Position numbers and translations under genes: made by a program
Origin: Candidatus Babeliales bacterium
Lineage (GTDB): Bacteria; Babelota; Babeliae; Babelales; JANWKD01
Assembly: GCA_963722075.1 (NCBI GenBank)
Contig: CAVRJM010000001.1
Coordinates: 960,001 to 1,024,000 of the forward strand
DNA: 64,000 nucleotides
Direction of reading: 5' to 3'
Shown: in pieces, positions 20,472 through 30,730 of the stretch
Position numbering within the stretch: position 1 is the stretch's first letter
Layout of the letters: each line of letters opens with the position of its first letter
The notes under the pieces: model-generated
Seen by the model: only the letters and a program-made list of their open reading frames with translations
Database searches by the model: none
What the model was told of the DNA's origin: nothing

Positions 20472-22682
20472 ATGAAATTAATTAAAAAAATACTAGTACT
20501 TGCTTGCGTACTTCCGTTGTTCAGTACTTATTGTATGGAAAACTCGACCGTTCTATGCAAAACGAGCGATGAGAAGTATGTTCGCCTTCCCGTAGAATAT
20601 CTTAATAAATCACGAACCTTCTATAATGATTTTATTGAAGCAAGCAAAAAAACAGATAAACAATCAATTCCAACGATTAACGTATTTTGCTCTAAAGAAA
20701 CATTCATATTGCTCATGGAAGCGCTTAAGATAGCTTATCTAAAGGATTCTTTAGATAAATCATTTTGTGAAAAGCTTTCAGCATTAACTACTCCTACTCA
20801 AGGGCTTATTGATCTTGCCAACGCCGCCTGCTACGCCGATTTCCAACTGCTTATAGCAACAATGATAGAAATCATAGGTCAGCGATGCTTGGATCATGAA
20901 TCTTATTTACCAGATGAAATGTTACAATCTTATAAAAAAATGGGCTTAACGGATGAATTTGTTGCATTAGTTATCCGCTATTTAAACTCGCCTGCACTTA
21001 ATAGATCATCGATGGAAACAGAACCACAAACTATTACCATTTTTACCAACGATGATGAAACATTCACTATTCCTATAGCAATAGCAGCTCATTTTAAAAT
21101 TATTCAAAATATTCACCCCTTTAATGAAGAGTTAACAAGACCAATTGAATTACCAAATATTAATTCAACGGAATTAGAAAAGCTTCTTCATCTTCTTAAC
21201 AAGCTTCTGCAATCTGATGAAGAACAATCGGATCTTATTAATGAATTACTATCTTATGATATTAAGGATGTTATTACTCTTTTTAACGCGGCAGATTATT
21301 TAAATAGCGATACATTATGTGAATTGTTACTCAGTGTTATCGAGCAAAAATTAAAAAATCCTGAACTTTTATATGATAATGACACCATTGCATGGATACT
21401 ACAAAATCAGCAAAATAGAACCATACTTATTAACCATCTGATTCAAACGCCTTTTATTAAGGGATTACTCAATTTTATTTGCAAATCAGATAAAATTGAA
21501 CCTGTTGCGCTCAGAGGATATAGCGGCCCTTACCGTATTGCTTTTAGTCCTGATGAAAAAATCCTTGCTACTACTACTTCTCGTACAATAGTACTTTGGG
21601 ATACCGCCACGGTTAAAGCCCTGCGTACCCTAGATATGGGTAGAACTTTTAGTCTTGCCTTTAGCCCAGATGGGAAATTTCTTGCTACCGGTTCAGATGG
21701 CAAAAATGCTATTAAATTATGGAATCCTCATACTGGCGACTGCATCCATACCTTCCAAAAAGCGAATGGTCATTTCACGCGTCTTACCTTCAGCCCTAAT
21801 GGGAAAATACTTGCCTCTGTTTGCGCTTCTGATTCCTTTCAGCTTTGGAACACAAGTACATTTCGTTGCCTTTATAAGGCAACCAATATTAACCGAATTC
21901 CTGGTGTAGCTTTTAGCCCTGATGGAAAATTTTTAGCCGCCTGTTCTGAAAATATTCTTAAAATATGGGATACAAATACTTTTGACTGTATTTATACTCT
22001 TGATGAGCATACTGCGCAAATTAATCGTTTTGCATTTAGTCCACAGGGCCATTTTGTTGCTACCTGTTCTGACGATACCACTATTAAACTGTGGGATGTT
22101 GATACCGGTAGATGTGTACGAACTTTTAATGATACCGATAAAGTTACCTGTTTAACCTTTAGCCCCGATGAGAAAATACTTGTCACCGCCTCTTCTGATC
22201 ATTATCGTAAACTCTGGGATGTACATACTGGCAAATGCTTAAAAGCAACTTACGGTCCTCAATTTTGCGTTCTTGCCTTTAGTCCACATGGCCTATTTCT
22301 TGCAGGTTCATCCAAGGATAGTGTTAGTTTATGGGATACGAGTACTAATTACTCATTAATTCATAATGATAGCCATAGAGAAGTAGATGCCCTCCGGTTT
22401 AGCCCTAATGGTCAATTTCTTGCTACTGCATCTTTTGGTGAGGTCTTTTTACGAAGAATGGTTGATACGGCAAAAATAGAAGAATATAAATATTTACCAC
22501 CAGAACAATTGTTGTTACTTGCCTTTTGCTATAATGCGTTTGCAAACAAAATTACTTTTGATTTCTCTTGGCACCCCTATTTAAACGAGGTATATAATAA
22601 CTGTTCTTCTGCAGTACGTGATCTGATTACCCAAAAGTTAATGCCAACTGGTTACCAACCAAGCTCATGCTTACTTAGTTAA
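20472..22682 (+). CDS. Secreted Skp1/BTB-like x2 + WD40 repeat protein with C-terminal CaaX (paralog 4)
   Basis: IELPNI...LFNAADYL; WD40 repeats; ends CLLS. Confidence 0.85.
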   Translation: MKLIKKILVLACVLPLFSTYCMENSTVLCKTSDEKYVRLPVEYLNKSRTFYNDFIEASKKTDKQSIPTINVFCSKETFILLMEALKIAYLKDSLDKSFCEKLSALTTPTQGLIDLANAACYADFQLLIATMIEIIGQRCLDHESYLPDEMLQSYKKMGLTDEFVALVIRYLNSPALNRSSMETEPQTITIFTNDDETFTIPIAIAAHFKIIQNIHPFNEELTRPIELPNINSTELEKLLHLLNKLLQSDEEQSDLINELLSYDIKDVITLFNAADYLNSDTLCELLLSVIEQKLKNPELLYDNDTIAWILQNQQNRTILINHLIQTPFIKGLLNFICKSDKIEPVALRGYSGPYRIAFSPDEKILATTTSRTIVLWDTATVKALRTLDMGRTFSLAFSPDGKFLATGSDGKNAIKLWNPHTGDCIHTFQKANGHFTRLTFSPNGKILASVCASDSFQLWNTSTFRCLYKATNINRIPGVAFSPDGKFLAACSENILKIWDTNTFDCIYTLDEHTAQINRFAFSPQGHFVATCSDDTTIKLWDVDTGRCVRTFNDTDKVTCLTFSPDEKILVTASSDHYRKLWDVHTGKCLKATYGPQFCVLAFSPHGLFLAGSSKDSVSLWDTSTNYSLIHNDSHREVDALRFSPNGQFLATASFGEVFLRRMVDTAKIEEYKYLPPEQLLLLAFCYNAFANKITFDFSWHPYLNEVYNNCSSAVRDLITQKLMPTGYQPSSCLLS

Positions 22683-22705
22683 AACACTGTCCAAATTATT
22701 TCTAA

Positions 22706-22749
22706 TTGAAAAAATAGCTAGTTAAAATTATAATTAGCTATTTTTTCAA
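22706..22749 (+). terminator. Hairpin after the WD40 array
   Basis: TTGAAAAAATAGCTA / TAGCTATTTTTTCAA inverted repeat. Confidence 0.5.
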
Positions 22750-22803
22750 AAAAATAGTATTATTAATTAAAATAATGATCCAGTCAATAAATGGGGGATT
22801 TAT

Positions 22804-24366
22804 ATGACCATGGTACGTTGGTTAAAATTAATCACTATTCTTATCAGTATAACTGCTGCATTTTTCTTTATTAACAAAAACGCTCATATACTTATTCATA
22901 CAGGATATGAATTATACTTCAAATTAATGCATCCTATCCCAAAAAAATCCCTTTGCCCTTATCAAGCTACCAATAAACGATTTGGCTTTAACTCGGTAAC
23001 CTCTGCTACTCCTTTACAAGAATTAAAACACACCGGATCATTACCAAGCTGGCTCAAAGGAACCTTCTTAGCAACAGTACCCGCTCAATTTGAATTAGGA
23101 AATACTAAAGCCGCTTATTCCTTTAGTGGCCTTGCTATGCTACAAGGGTTTTATTTTGATGGCAATGGTATTAAATTTCAAAACTCATTCTTAGATAGTA
23201 TTTATTACCGCCGTTGCACAAAAAACGGCAAATTTGATAGCAACATGACCAATCAAAAAAAAAGCTTTTTTTCACGGTTAGCAAACAGTTTTAGCACTCC
23301 CGATCCTTATGACAATGGCAACATTGCTATAGGATATATGAATGGTAATGCAATCGCCTTAACAGAAACAACATTGGGTGTTATTGTTGATTCCAACACC
23401 TTACATACAAGAGCATCATTTGATCTTAATGAGCAGCTGGAAGGGCATCTTACCACTGCTCAATTTCAGTATGATCCTGAAACTAAATCGTGGTATAATT
23501 ATATGACAAACTTTGCACAACAAAGCACTTATCAGATTTATAAAATTACCGCTGATAACAAAACAGTATTAATTAGTTCCATACCGGTTAAAACGCCATC
23601 ATACATGCGCAGCTTTGCCATGAGCAAAGATTATATCGTGTTGATTGAGATTCCTTTTGTAGTTAATCCCATGGATTTATTATTTAATGGAGGGCCATTT
23701 TTAACTGCATTACAATGGAAACCTGAGCTGGGAACTCGTTTTATTGTAATTAATAAACATACGGGTGAGCAACACCAACCATTGGTTACCACTCAACCAT
23801 TTTTCACGATTAATATTATCAATACCACTCAAGAAAATAATACCCTTACCATAGATGCTATTACCTATGAAAATGCTGACTTAATAAACCATATCAGTAT
23901 GGAAGCATTGCAGAGTAATGATCCGCATGAATTTGAACCAGGATATACTACCCGTTTCACACTCAATCTAGAAAATAAAGAAGCATCACATCAGCGCATT
24001 CCTTCTGCAGCCATTGAATTCCCTACTATAAATGCACAATACAACATGAAGCCATATACATTCTTATACGGACTTACTGCTGATCACCCACACCAATTTC
24101 CTGCACAGCTTATTAAAATAAACATAAGCAATGGAACTTCAACTAAATGGCAACAAGAACAGTGCTTTGCCAGCCAGCCGGTGTTTGTACCAAATCCTAC
24201 CGGAACTAATGAAGATGACGGTGTTATTCTTTCTGTTGTTTTTGATAGTATTGCACATCAATCATTTTTACTGCTATTGGATGCGCATAATTTTACGGAG
24301 CTTGCACGCGCACCGCTGCCATGCGCTATTCCATTGGGACTTTCAGGTACGTTTATTAAAGAATAA
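22804..24366 (+). CDS. Carotenoid oxygenase (RPE65/CCD) fold protein lacking the iron-binding His
   Basis: GSLPSWLKG, ALTE, EFPTIN, EDDGVILS, LDA..F.ELARA motifs; His ligands replaced. Confidence 0.85.
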   Translation: MTMVRWLKLITILISITAAFFFINKNAHILIHTGYELYFKLMHPIPKKSLCPYQATNKRFGFNSVTSATPLQELKHTGSLPSWLKGTFLATVPAQFELGNTKAAYSFSGLAMLQGFYFDGNGIKFQNSFLDSIYYRRCTKNGKFDSNMTNQKKSFFSRLANSFSTPDPYDNGNIAIGYMNGNAIALTETTLGVIVDSNTLHTRASFDLNEQLEGHLTTAQFQYDPETKSWYNYMTNFAQQSTYQIYKITADNKTVLISSIPVKTPSYMRSFAMSKDYIVLIEIPFVVNPMDLLFNGGPFLTALQWKPELGTRFIVINKHTGEQHQPLVTTQPFFTINIINTTQENNTLTIDAITYENADLINHISMEALQSNDPHEFEPGYTTRFTLNLENKEASHQRIPSAAIEFPTINAQYNMKPYTFLYGLTADHPHQFPAQLIKINISNGTSTKWQQEQCFASQPVFVPNPTGTNEDDGVILSVVFDSIAHQSFLLLLDAHNFTELARAPLPCAIPLGLSGTFIKE

Positions 24367-24388
24367 AAATAGGATTTTTTATTTATCA

Positions 24389-24545
24389 ATGGATCCCCAC
24401 GTTCCTCGGGATGACATATGGTTTTTATCTTTTAATTTGATCTTCACGGCCTAACGGCCTCGGGATGACAAAAAATAAGATATTTTGTTTACATTATTCC
24501 AAACGGTAATATTGTCATCCTGAGCGTCAGCGTAAGGATCCAGTA
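24389..24545. repeat. Cluster of three REP-like palindromes
   Basis: Two ...CTCGGGATGACA copies plus an inverted TGTCATCCTGAG...GGATCCAGT. Confidence 0.75.
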
Positions 24546-24610
24546 AATAAAAACATTCCTTTTTCTTTTATTTTTTTTCCATACTTCAAAAGAAAGTATG
24601 AGGAAAAAAG

Positions 24611-25909
24611 ATGCAGATAAACAATAAATCGGCTATGCCGATTCAGCAAGTATATTGGTATATCAATAAGCCATTAAATCCGCCACTTAAAGAAAATATC
24701 ACCGTTGATGTTCTTATTATTGGCGGTGGCATGGCCGGATTAAGTGCCGCCCAAGCATTTCATGAAAAAGGGTTGCGCGTTGCGCTCATAGAAAAAAATT
24801 TTTGTGGCGCTGGAGCAAGCGGCAAAAGTTCAGGATTTATTACTCCCGATTCAGAATTTGCACTCCATAATTTAATTGATTTTTATGGAAATGAGGTTGG
24901 CAAACGCCTTTGGGAATTTTCTTCTAACGGCGTAGCACTCATAGAAAAGAATATACACCAACATAAGATTTCATGTGATTATCAAAAACAAAATACGCTG
25001 GTTATTGCTTCAAGCCATCATGCTTTTAACTCATCAATTAAAGCAGAATATCAGGCACGCAAACAATTTAATTACGCTGCAACTCTTTATGAAAAAGATC
25101 GGGTGCCTTCAATTCTAGGATCATCAAGCTATTATGGCGCTATTGAATATCCTGACACGTTTGGCATACATGCATACGCCTATTGCCAAGAAATGAAAAC
25201 GATTTTAACAAATGCGGGTGTTTTACTATACGAAGATACGCCGCTTACGAGCTTTACTACAAACGGTGCGCAAACGCCACATGCCACGATTACTGCTGAT
25301 AAAGTAATTGTTTGTATTGATCGCTTTATTAATGATTATGCAAAATTGCTTTCTCAAGTATACCATGTACAAACGTTTTTAATGATGAGTGAACCCGTAT
25401 CAGATCAGGTAATTAATGCGTTATTTCCAGCACGCAAATTTATGGTATGGGATACCAATCTTATTTATAATTATTTTCGCTGCACCGGGGATAATCGATT
25501 AATGCTGGGGGGCGCACGGCTTTTATCAACGTATGCTCCACGTGAACATTATCATAATAAAAAAATAATTAAAAAATTATCTTCTTATTTCAAAAAAAGC
25601 TTCCCGCAAGTTGATATTCAATTTAATTATATATGGCCAGGCCTTATTGGGATAACCAAAGATATTATGCCTATTGCCGGACCGGATAAACAACATCCTC
25701 ACATTTATTATATTAGCGGGGCCGCCGGGCTACCATGGGCTGCAGCCTTGGGCGTCTATAGTGCACAGCATATACTAGAAAACCGTACTGATTTAGATGT
25801 CGTGTTTTCTCCTGAACGCCATTTTGCACTCGGCAGTTGCGCACAAAAATTATTAGGAACACCGCTTACATTTGCTTTATGTAATTTTATGCGCACCAGA
25901 TCACTATAA
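24611..25909 (+). CDS. FAD-dependent oxidoreductase (DadA/PuuB-like)
   Basis: DVLIIGGGMAGLS, GASGKSSG, WPG..GITKD.MP. Confidence 0.85.
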   Translation: MQINNKSAMPIQQVYWYINKPLNPPLKENITVDVLIIGGGMAGLSAAQAFHEKGLRVALIEKNFCGAGASGKSSGFITPDSEFALHNLIDFYGNEVGKRLWEFSSNGVALIEKNIHQHKISCDYQKQNTLVIASSHHAFNSSIKAEYQARKQFNYAATLYEKDRVPSILGSSSYYGAIEYPDTFGIHAYAYCQEMKTILTNAGVLLYEDTPLTSFTTNGAQTPHATITADKVIVCIDRFINDYAKLLSQVYHVQTFLMMSEPVSDQVINALFPARKFMVWDTNLIYNYFRCTGDNRLMLGGARLLSTYAPREHYHNKKIIKKLSSYFKKSFPQVDIQFNYIWPGLIGITKDIMPIAGPDKQHPHIYYISGAAGLPWAAALGVYSAQHILENRTDLDVVFSPERHFALGSCAQKLLGTPLTFALCNFMRTRSL

Positions 25910-25914
25910 AAATT

Positions 25915-26727
25915 TTAATTTGGAAAATCGCGAATAACATCTACATCAACCGCTCCACCACCAATTTGTAATGCACGTGCTTTTACCCTTCTACGGTCCC
26001 ACATCCGTGCATGGTAAATAATAAAATCAAGGATAGTTTTTCCTATTGCCGGCTTACCACCCGCATAGGTAGTCCGTTGTAATTCCTTCATCAACGGATA
26101 ATTAACTATCGCGTTACGTAGCTGTTCATTCTCATCTGAGAAAGATTTTGGTATGAGAGAATAAGAAGTTTTGGGTTGTGGTATAGCACGTAATTTATCT
26201 CCTGCCCCATGAATACGTTTGGCTGCTCTATAAATTTTTTTAAGAAATTTACGTATAGGCTGTGTTGTACTAAGAGGAGCATCTGAAGTATTATAAGCAG
26301 CCATAGCTTTAATAGTATTGTATAATGGTGGTATATGGTCATCTATTATTTCTAATATTTCAAGTATTCTTATTAATATTCTCGTAATTATCCGTTGGTC
26401 GCTGGCTTCACCCTTGACATAATCTGGTAAATAATCGGAATTAAGAATTAATCTGGTCACCGCGTCTTCAATTAAAGCAAATTCTGCGCAACCTTTATGA
26501 AATAAATCATTTAATGCTTCAGGGGTTACTTGTTTATCACATATTTTCAATGATATGATAGGTTTTTCTGGTTGTACTGATACCGGAATCGTGGGAGGAA
26601 TGCCTGGCGTTAAATAATTATGTAACGTAGTAAGACGATTTTTTAAATCACCTAATTCTGTTTCTAAGGAACAATGTGCAATTTGAAAACCGACCAAAAC
26701 AATTACTGAAGCAATATATTTATTCAT
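25915..26727 (-). CDS. Hypothetical secreted protein
   Basis: Signal peptide, helical composition. Confidence 0.6.
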   Translation of the reverse strand: MNKYIASVIVLVGFQIAHCSLETELGDLKNRLTTLHNYLTPGIPPTIPVSVQPEKPIISLKICDKQVTPEALNDLFHKGCAEFALIEDAVTRLILNSDYLPDYVKGEASDQRIITRILIRILEILEIIDDHIPPLYNTIKAMAAYNTSDAPLSTTQPIRKFLKKIYRAAKRIHGAGDKLRAIPQPKTSYSLIPKSFSDENEQLRNAIVNYPLMKELQRTTYAGGKPAIGKTILDFIIYHARMWDRRRVKARALQIGGGAVDVDVIRDFPN

Positions 26728-27426
26728 TTATTCATTACCTCTTCTGCCAAAAAGTCTAAGCAACATTAAGAACAAGTTAATAAAATCAAGATACAAGGTA
26801 AGGGCACCTAAAACCGCCACTTTATTTTCCATTTCACCTTGATCAATTAAAAATTCACTCATTTTCTTTATTTTTTGAACGTCATATGCCGTTAACAACG
26901 TAAAGATGACAATTCCTACTAAAGTGATTATGTAATCAAAGGTTCCATTTCTCAAGAAAATATTAACAACCATACCAATAATCAATCCAAAGAGTGCCAT
27001 AATTAAATATTTACCAACATTGGTTAAATCTGTTTTGGTAAAATAGCCATATAAGGCCATGCACAGAAACATTCCTGCCGTTACAAAAAAGGCGGTATAA
27101 ATAGTGCCAATATGGTAAACTAAAAAGATTGTTGAAAAGGTGACACCCATTAAAATGGCATAAAGAATTAATAATAATATTGCCGTAGCAAAATTTAATT
27201 TTAAAATTGCTGCTGATAATACAACAACAATCACCAATTGAAGAATAAAAAGAAAAAAGAGCAACCAGGGGCTGGTTACCAATTTTTGCACCAGTGCTGG
27301 TTGACTAACTACATAAAAAGCAGTTGCAGCAGTAATCAGCAACGCACCAGCCATAAAGGCATACACTTTATATAATAAATTTTTAGCTACGGAATTAACC
27401 GTACGAGAGTTATCAGAATTAACCAT
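26728..27426 (-). CDS. Bax inhibitor-1/YccA family membrane protein
   Basis: 7 TM; AYDVQKIK, ALTLYLDFINLFL. Confidence 0.92.
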   Translation of the reverse strand: MVNSDNSRTVNSVAKNLLYKVYAFMAGALLITAATAFYVVSQPALVQKLVTSPWLLFFLFILQLVIVVVLSAAILKLNFATAILLLILYAILMGVTFSTIFLVYHIGTIYTAFFVTAGMFLCMALYGYFTKTDLTNVGKYLIMALFGLIIGMVVNIFLRNGTFDYIITLVGIVIFTLLTAYDVQKIKKMSEFLIDQGEMENKVAVLGALTLYLDFINLFLMLLRLFGRRGNE

Positions 27427-27616
27427 TTTTTCCCTTCTTATATGAAATCCCTAATTTTTATATTTAAGATAATAAAATCCATTTTATCGGTGCAATGGTT
27501 TTAACTTGAACTTTACAGCACAAGTTTAGTAAATATAAGAATAACTGACGGTAACCTAGATTCTGTTGAGTTTTGGAAATAACTTTAAAATTTAAAGTTA
27601 TATGCTTGGAAAAAAG

Positions 27617-27790
27617 CCGTCGTCACGAGCCGAAGGCGTGGTGATCAAGGCTATGCCGGACAAGGGCGTGGGGACTGTGTCCGCCGTAGCTTGTAGCGAA
27701 GGCTGGATCCAGGCTAAAATTTTCAAGGGAACCTGGATTGCTTCGACAAGCTCGCAACGACAAATTGTTGTTTTCGTCGTCATTACGAGC
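27617..27790. repeat. Composite REP-like element
   Basis: CGTCGTCACGAG...TCCGCCGTAGC..GCGAAGGCTGGATCCAGG and inverted CCTGGATTGCTTCG..CTCGCAACGAC. Confidence 0.7.
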
Positions 27791-27844
27791 ACAGACTGTG
27801 CATCTAGATTTTTTATAATTTATTATTTATATAAGGAGTAAATA

Positions 27845-28543
27845 ATGTGGTATGAGAGAATAATAAAAGTAACTCTAGTAATCAGCAGCTTTTTGCTGTT
27901 TACTCAATTTAGTTCACAAACTTCAGTTGATGGCAAAGAGAAGCCTTCCCTTAATGTATATGGATTACTAACTGATACCAGTAATCATAGTTATCGAGTA
28001 GAAAATGTTACCATTGCTGGTCGGTTCAGTGATATAGCCGTTTATCAAAAACCAATAAGTCCTGATTTAAATCCTGATATTAATACTACCAAATTGGATC
28101 TTTGTGAAATCAGTGAAATAAGAATAGAAGCACCAAAAGTAGTTCAATTTAACAAACGAGATTATATAGAAATTACCGTCATCTCTAATGACACTCGAAA
28201 AACGCAAAATCGATATATTATTGAAAAATTAAAAAAGCTTTTTTGCGATGAAGTAAATGAAGCAGGTCCTATAGAAAAAGAATTGTCGTTTCTGGCGGTA
28301 CAACGATTGCAAATTCAAGGGTGCAAAAAACAAGAAGAAGAATCGCGGGTATATAAATTACAACCACAGTCAATTGATCAAAAGACGATTGATTATACCA
28401 TAACCAAAACAGAAGCATTAATTAAAGAACTGCAAGAAAAAGCTGATCAATTACCTAATGATGCCAATGATGGTTCATTAAAATCACAAATGCTTCAGCT
28501 TTTGACTGAGTTACAAGCTACCTTTAAAAAGTGGTTTGCATAG
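27845..28543 (+). CDS. Hypothetical secreted/periplasmic protein
   Basis: AAGGAG RBS, signal peptide. Confidence 0.65.
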   Translation: MWYERIIKVTLVISSFLLFTQFSSQTSVDGKEKPSLNVYGLLTDTSNHSYRVENVTIAGRFSDIAVYQKPISPDLNPDINTTKLDLCEISEIRIEAPKVVQFNKRDYIEITVISNDTRKTQNRYIIEKLKKLFCDEVNEAGPIEKELSFLAVQRLQIQGCKKQEEESRVYKLQPQSIDQKTIDYTITKTEALIKELQEKADQLPNDANDGSLKSQMLQLLTELQATFKKWFA

Positions 28544-28585
28544 GGTGAATGATTAGTCGTATAATGGAAAAAGGAAAATTTAATT

Positions 28586-28717
28586 ACTGGATCCTTACGC
28601 TATGCTCAGGATGACATTTAGAAAATTTATATTTATACTTGATCATTTTAATTTATTATAAGTGAGATTGTTATTCACTGGTCATCCTGAGGAACAAAGT
28701 GACGCAAGGATCCAGTT
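28586..28717. repeat. REP-like palindrome doublet
   Basis: ACTGGATCC...CTCAGGATGAC and GTCATCCTGAG...GGATCCAGT. Confidence 0.75.
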
Positions 28718-28739
28718 ATAAAAATAAAAGGAAAATACC

Positions 28740-29060
28740 ATGGCTATTGATATAACAAAAGAAAATTTCGAAAAAGAAATCGAAAAATCAACCTTACCCG
28801 TAGTACTTGATGTATATGCCACCTGGTGTGGACCCTGCCTTCAAATGAAACCTATTTTTGAAGAATTGTCGCAAGAATACGGCAATAAATATAAATTTGC
28901 ACAATTAAACGTTGATGAAGGACGCGAATTAGCAATAAATTATGGTGTTACCTCAATTCCTACTTTTATCTTCATTAAAAATAAAGAAATTGTAGGTAAA
29001 GAAATGGGCTATATGAGTAAAGACCAGCTTTTAAAAAAAATAACTGAATATCTCAAATAA
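28740..29060 (+). CDS. trxA: Thioredoxin
   Basis: WCGPC, SIPT. Confidence 0.95.
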   Translation: MAIDITKENFEKEIEKSTLPVVLDVYATWCGPCLQMKPIFEELSQEYGNKYKFAQLNVDEGRELAINYGVTSIPTFIFIKNKEIVGKEMGYMSKDQLLKKITEYLK

Positions 29061-29583
29061 GCTTTACAATATCATAGGCAAATTCAGCTGCGTAGGTGGG
29101 GCCTTGAGCGGTAACTACTCTTCCATCAGTAACAACACCTGTTGTGTTATCATAAATTACACCGTGCTGATCATAAATCGCTTTTAGCTTGTTATCACCA
29201 TCCCATCCCGTAGCTGTTTTGCTTACTAATGCGCCAGCTTTTGCCAAAATACGTGTTGCTATACAAATAGCTGCCACTACTTTTTCTGCCATCACTGCTT
29301 GCTGAATAAATCGATAGCTTGCATCGGTATCTAATGCTTCTAATGCTCCCGGACCTCCAATAAGAATAACTGCTTCAAATTGCAATGGATCACTATGAGC
29401 TATATCAGCATCCACCGAAGCTGATGATTTATCATGAGCAATGGCAGTTCCTTTCTTATTACTGATGGTAACTACCTGAAATCCCGCCTCTTGGATTATC
29501 TCTTTTGTAATGGCGTATTCAACTTGCTGGTACCCATTATGCGCTATTACTATCGCTACTTTTTTTGCCATTTTTTTTGCCAT
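29053..29583 (-). CDS. DJ-1/PfpI family protein
   Basis: LIGGPGA, AAIC, VVTDGRVVTAQGP. Confidence 0.9.
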   Translation of the reverse strand: MAKKMAKKVAIVIAHNGYQQVEYAITKEIIQEAGFQVVTISNKKGTAIAHDKSSASVDADIAHSDPLQFEAVILIGGPGALEALDTDASYRFIQQAVMAEKVVAAICIATRILAKAGALVSKTATGWDGDNKLKAIYDQHGVIYDNTTGVVTDGRVVTAQGPTYAAEFAYDIVKLI

Positions 29584-29675
29584 AATCGCTTCCTTTTATG
29601 TGCCAAACGTTATTTACAAAGATTAATATCTCATTTAAACTCTGCAGGTATAATTATAACTAAGGAACAATAAGC

Positions 29676-29969
29676 ATGGTAAAAAAGATTTTTTTACTCA
29701 TATTACTTATTAATTCATTTGTACCTTTTACCTACACTCAAGAAGAAACTATAGCTGAATTAATAAGTTCAAATAAAGAAAATAATGAAACTGCTCCCTA
29801 TGATCATCTTGATTACTTAGCAGACCACGAACCTGTTGAAGTAGTAAAACCACATCCGCTTCCCCATTGGTTAAAATCTTTTTTATTTGGCGCATTCATA
29901 CGTTTTTTTAATACGGTTGAATTTTTTAAAAAAAGCTGGAAAAAAATACAGTTAAATTATAAAAAATAA
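29676..29969 (+). CDS. Small hypothetical secreted protein
   Basis: Signal peptide; stop overlaps the rsmE start. Confidence 0.55.
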   Translation: MVKKIFLLILLINSFVPFTYTQEETIAELISSNKENNETAPYDHLDYLADHEPVEVVKPHPLPHWLKSFLFGAFIRFFNTVEFFKKSWKKIQLNYKK

Positions 29970-30730
29970 TGGAATCATCATCAAAACATCTGTTTGCTCT
30001 TTTTTATCAGGCTTCTATAGATTGGCATTCAATAAGCCCTCTCAGTACAGTAACTATAACTGATGAATCGATTGTTCACCGAGCGTACCATGTTTTGCGC
30101 CTTGGGCCAGATGATCAAATTATTCTTTTTAATAAGCAGTATCATTTTTTACTAACGCTTATCACTCTTTCAAAAAAAGAAATAAAGGCGACCATCACGC
30201 AAGCAAATAAAAATACCGTATATCAACCAAGTATTACGGTTGCTTTACCGCTCTTAAAACGAGATGCACTCACCTATGCACTTGATGGATTAACTCAACT
30301 TGGCATTAATACCATACAATTGATTACAACGCAAAAGAGCCAAAGCCAATTTTCCCAGCAAAAAGATATGCAACGACTCTACAAAATTATCTATGCTGCT
30401 GCTGAGCAATCAAAAAATTTTTCATTTCCTGAGCTTATAAAACCAGTACCATTATCTGATTTTATTACCGATTATAATACGCAAAAAAAACGTATTATCT
30501 TTGGTGATCCCGCTGGCTTACCAGCACATGAAGTAATAAGCTCACTGCAACAAAATAATACAACTCCCATAACTATTATTATGGGACCAGAAGGAGACTT
30601 AACCGTAAATGAAAAAAGCTTATTAAAACAGCATTCGGTTATGTATATGGCATTAACCCCTACCATTTTACGAGCAGAACAAGCGATTTGCTTAGCAAGT
30701 GGTATGGTACGCGCGCTCATGCAACCATAG
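29969..30730 (+). CDS. rsmE: 16S rRNA m3U1498 methyltransferase
   Basis: HVLRL, AAEQS, GPEGD, ILRAEQA. Confidence 0.92.
   Translation: MESSSKHLFALFYQASIDWHSISPLSTVTITDESIVHRAYHVLRLGPDDQIILFNKQYHFLLTLITLSKKEIKATITQANKNTVYQPSITVALPLLKRDALTYALDGLTQLGINTIQLITTQKSQSQFSQQKDMQRLYKIIYAAAEQSKNFSFPELIKPVPLSDFITDYNTQKKRIIFGDPAGLPAHEVISSLQQNNTTPITIIMGPEGDLTVNEKSLLKQHSVMYMALTPTILRAEQAICLASGMVRALMQP

Noticed and set aside
14623..22186. Antisense and alternate-frame ORFs inside the WD40 genes
   Set aside because: Shadow ORFs of repetitive coding sequence with no independent signals; the same applies to those inside secA, hisS, gspE and the transposase
27598..27841. Two short ORFs
   Set aside because: They are translations of the REP-like composite repeat
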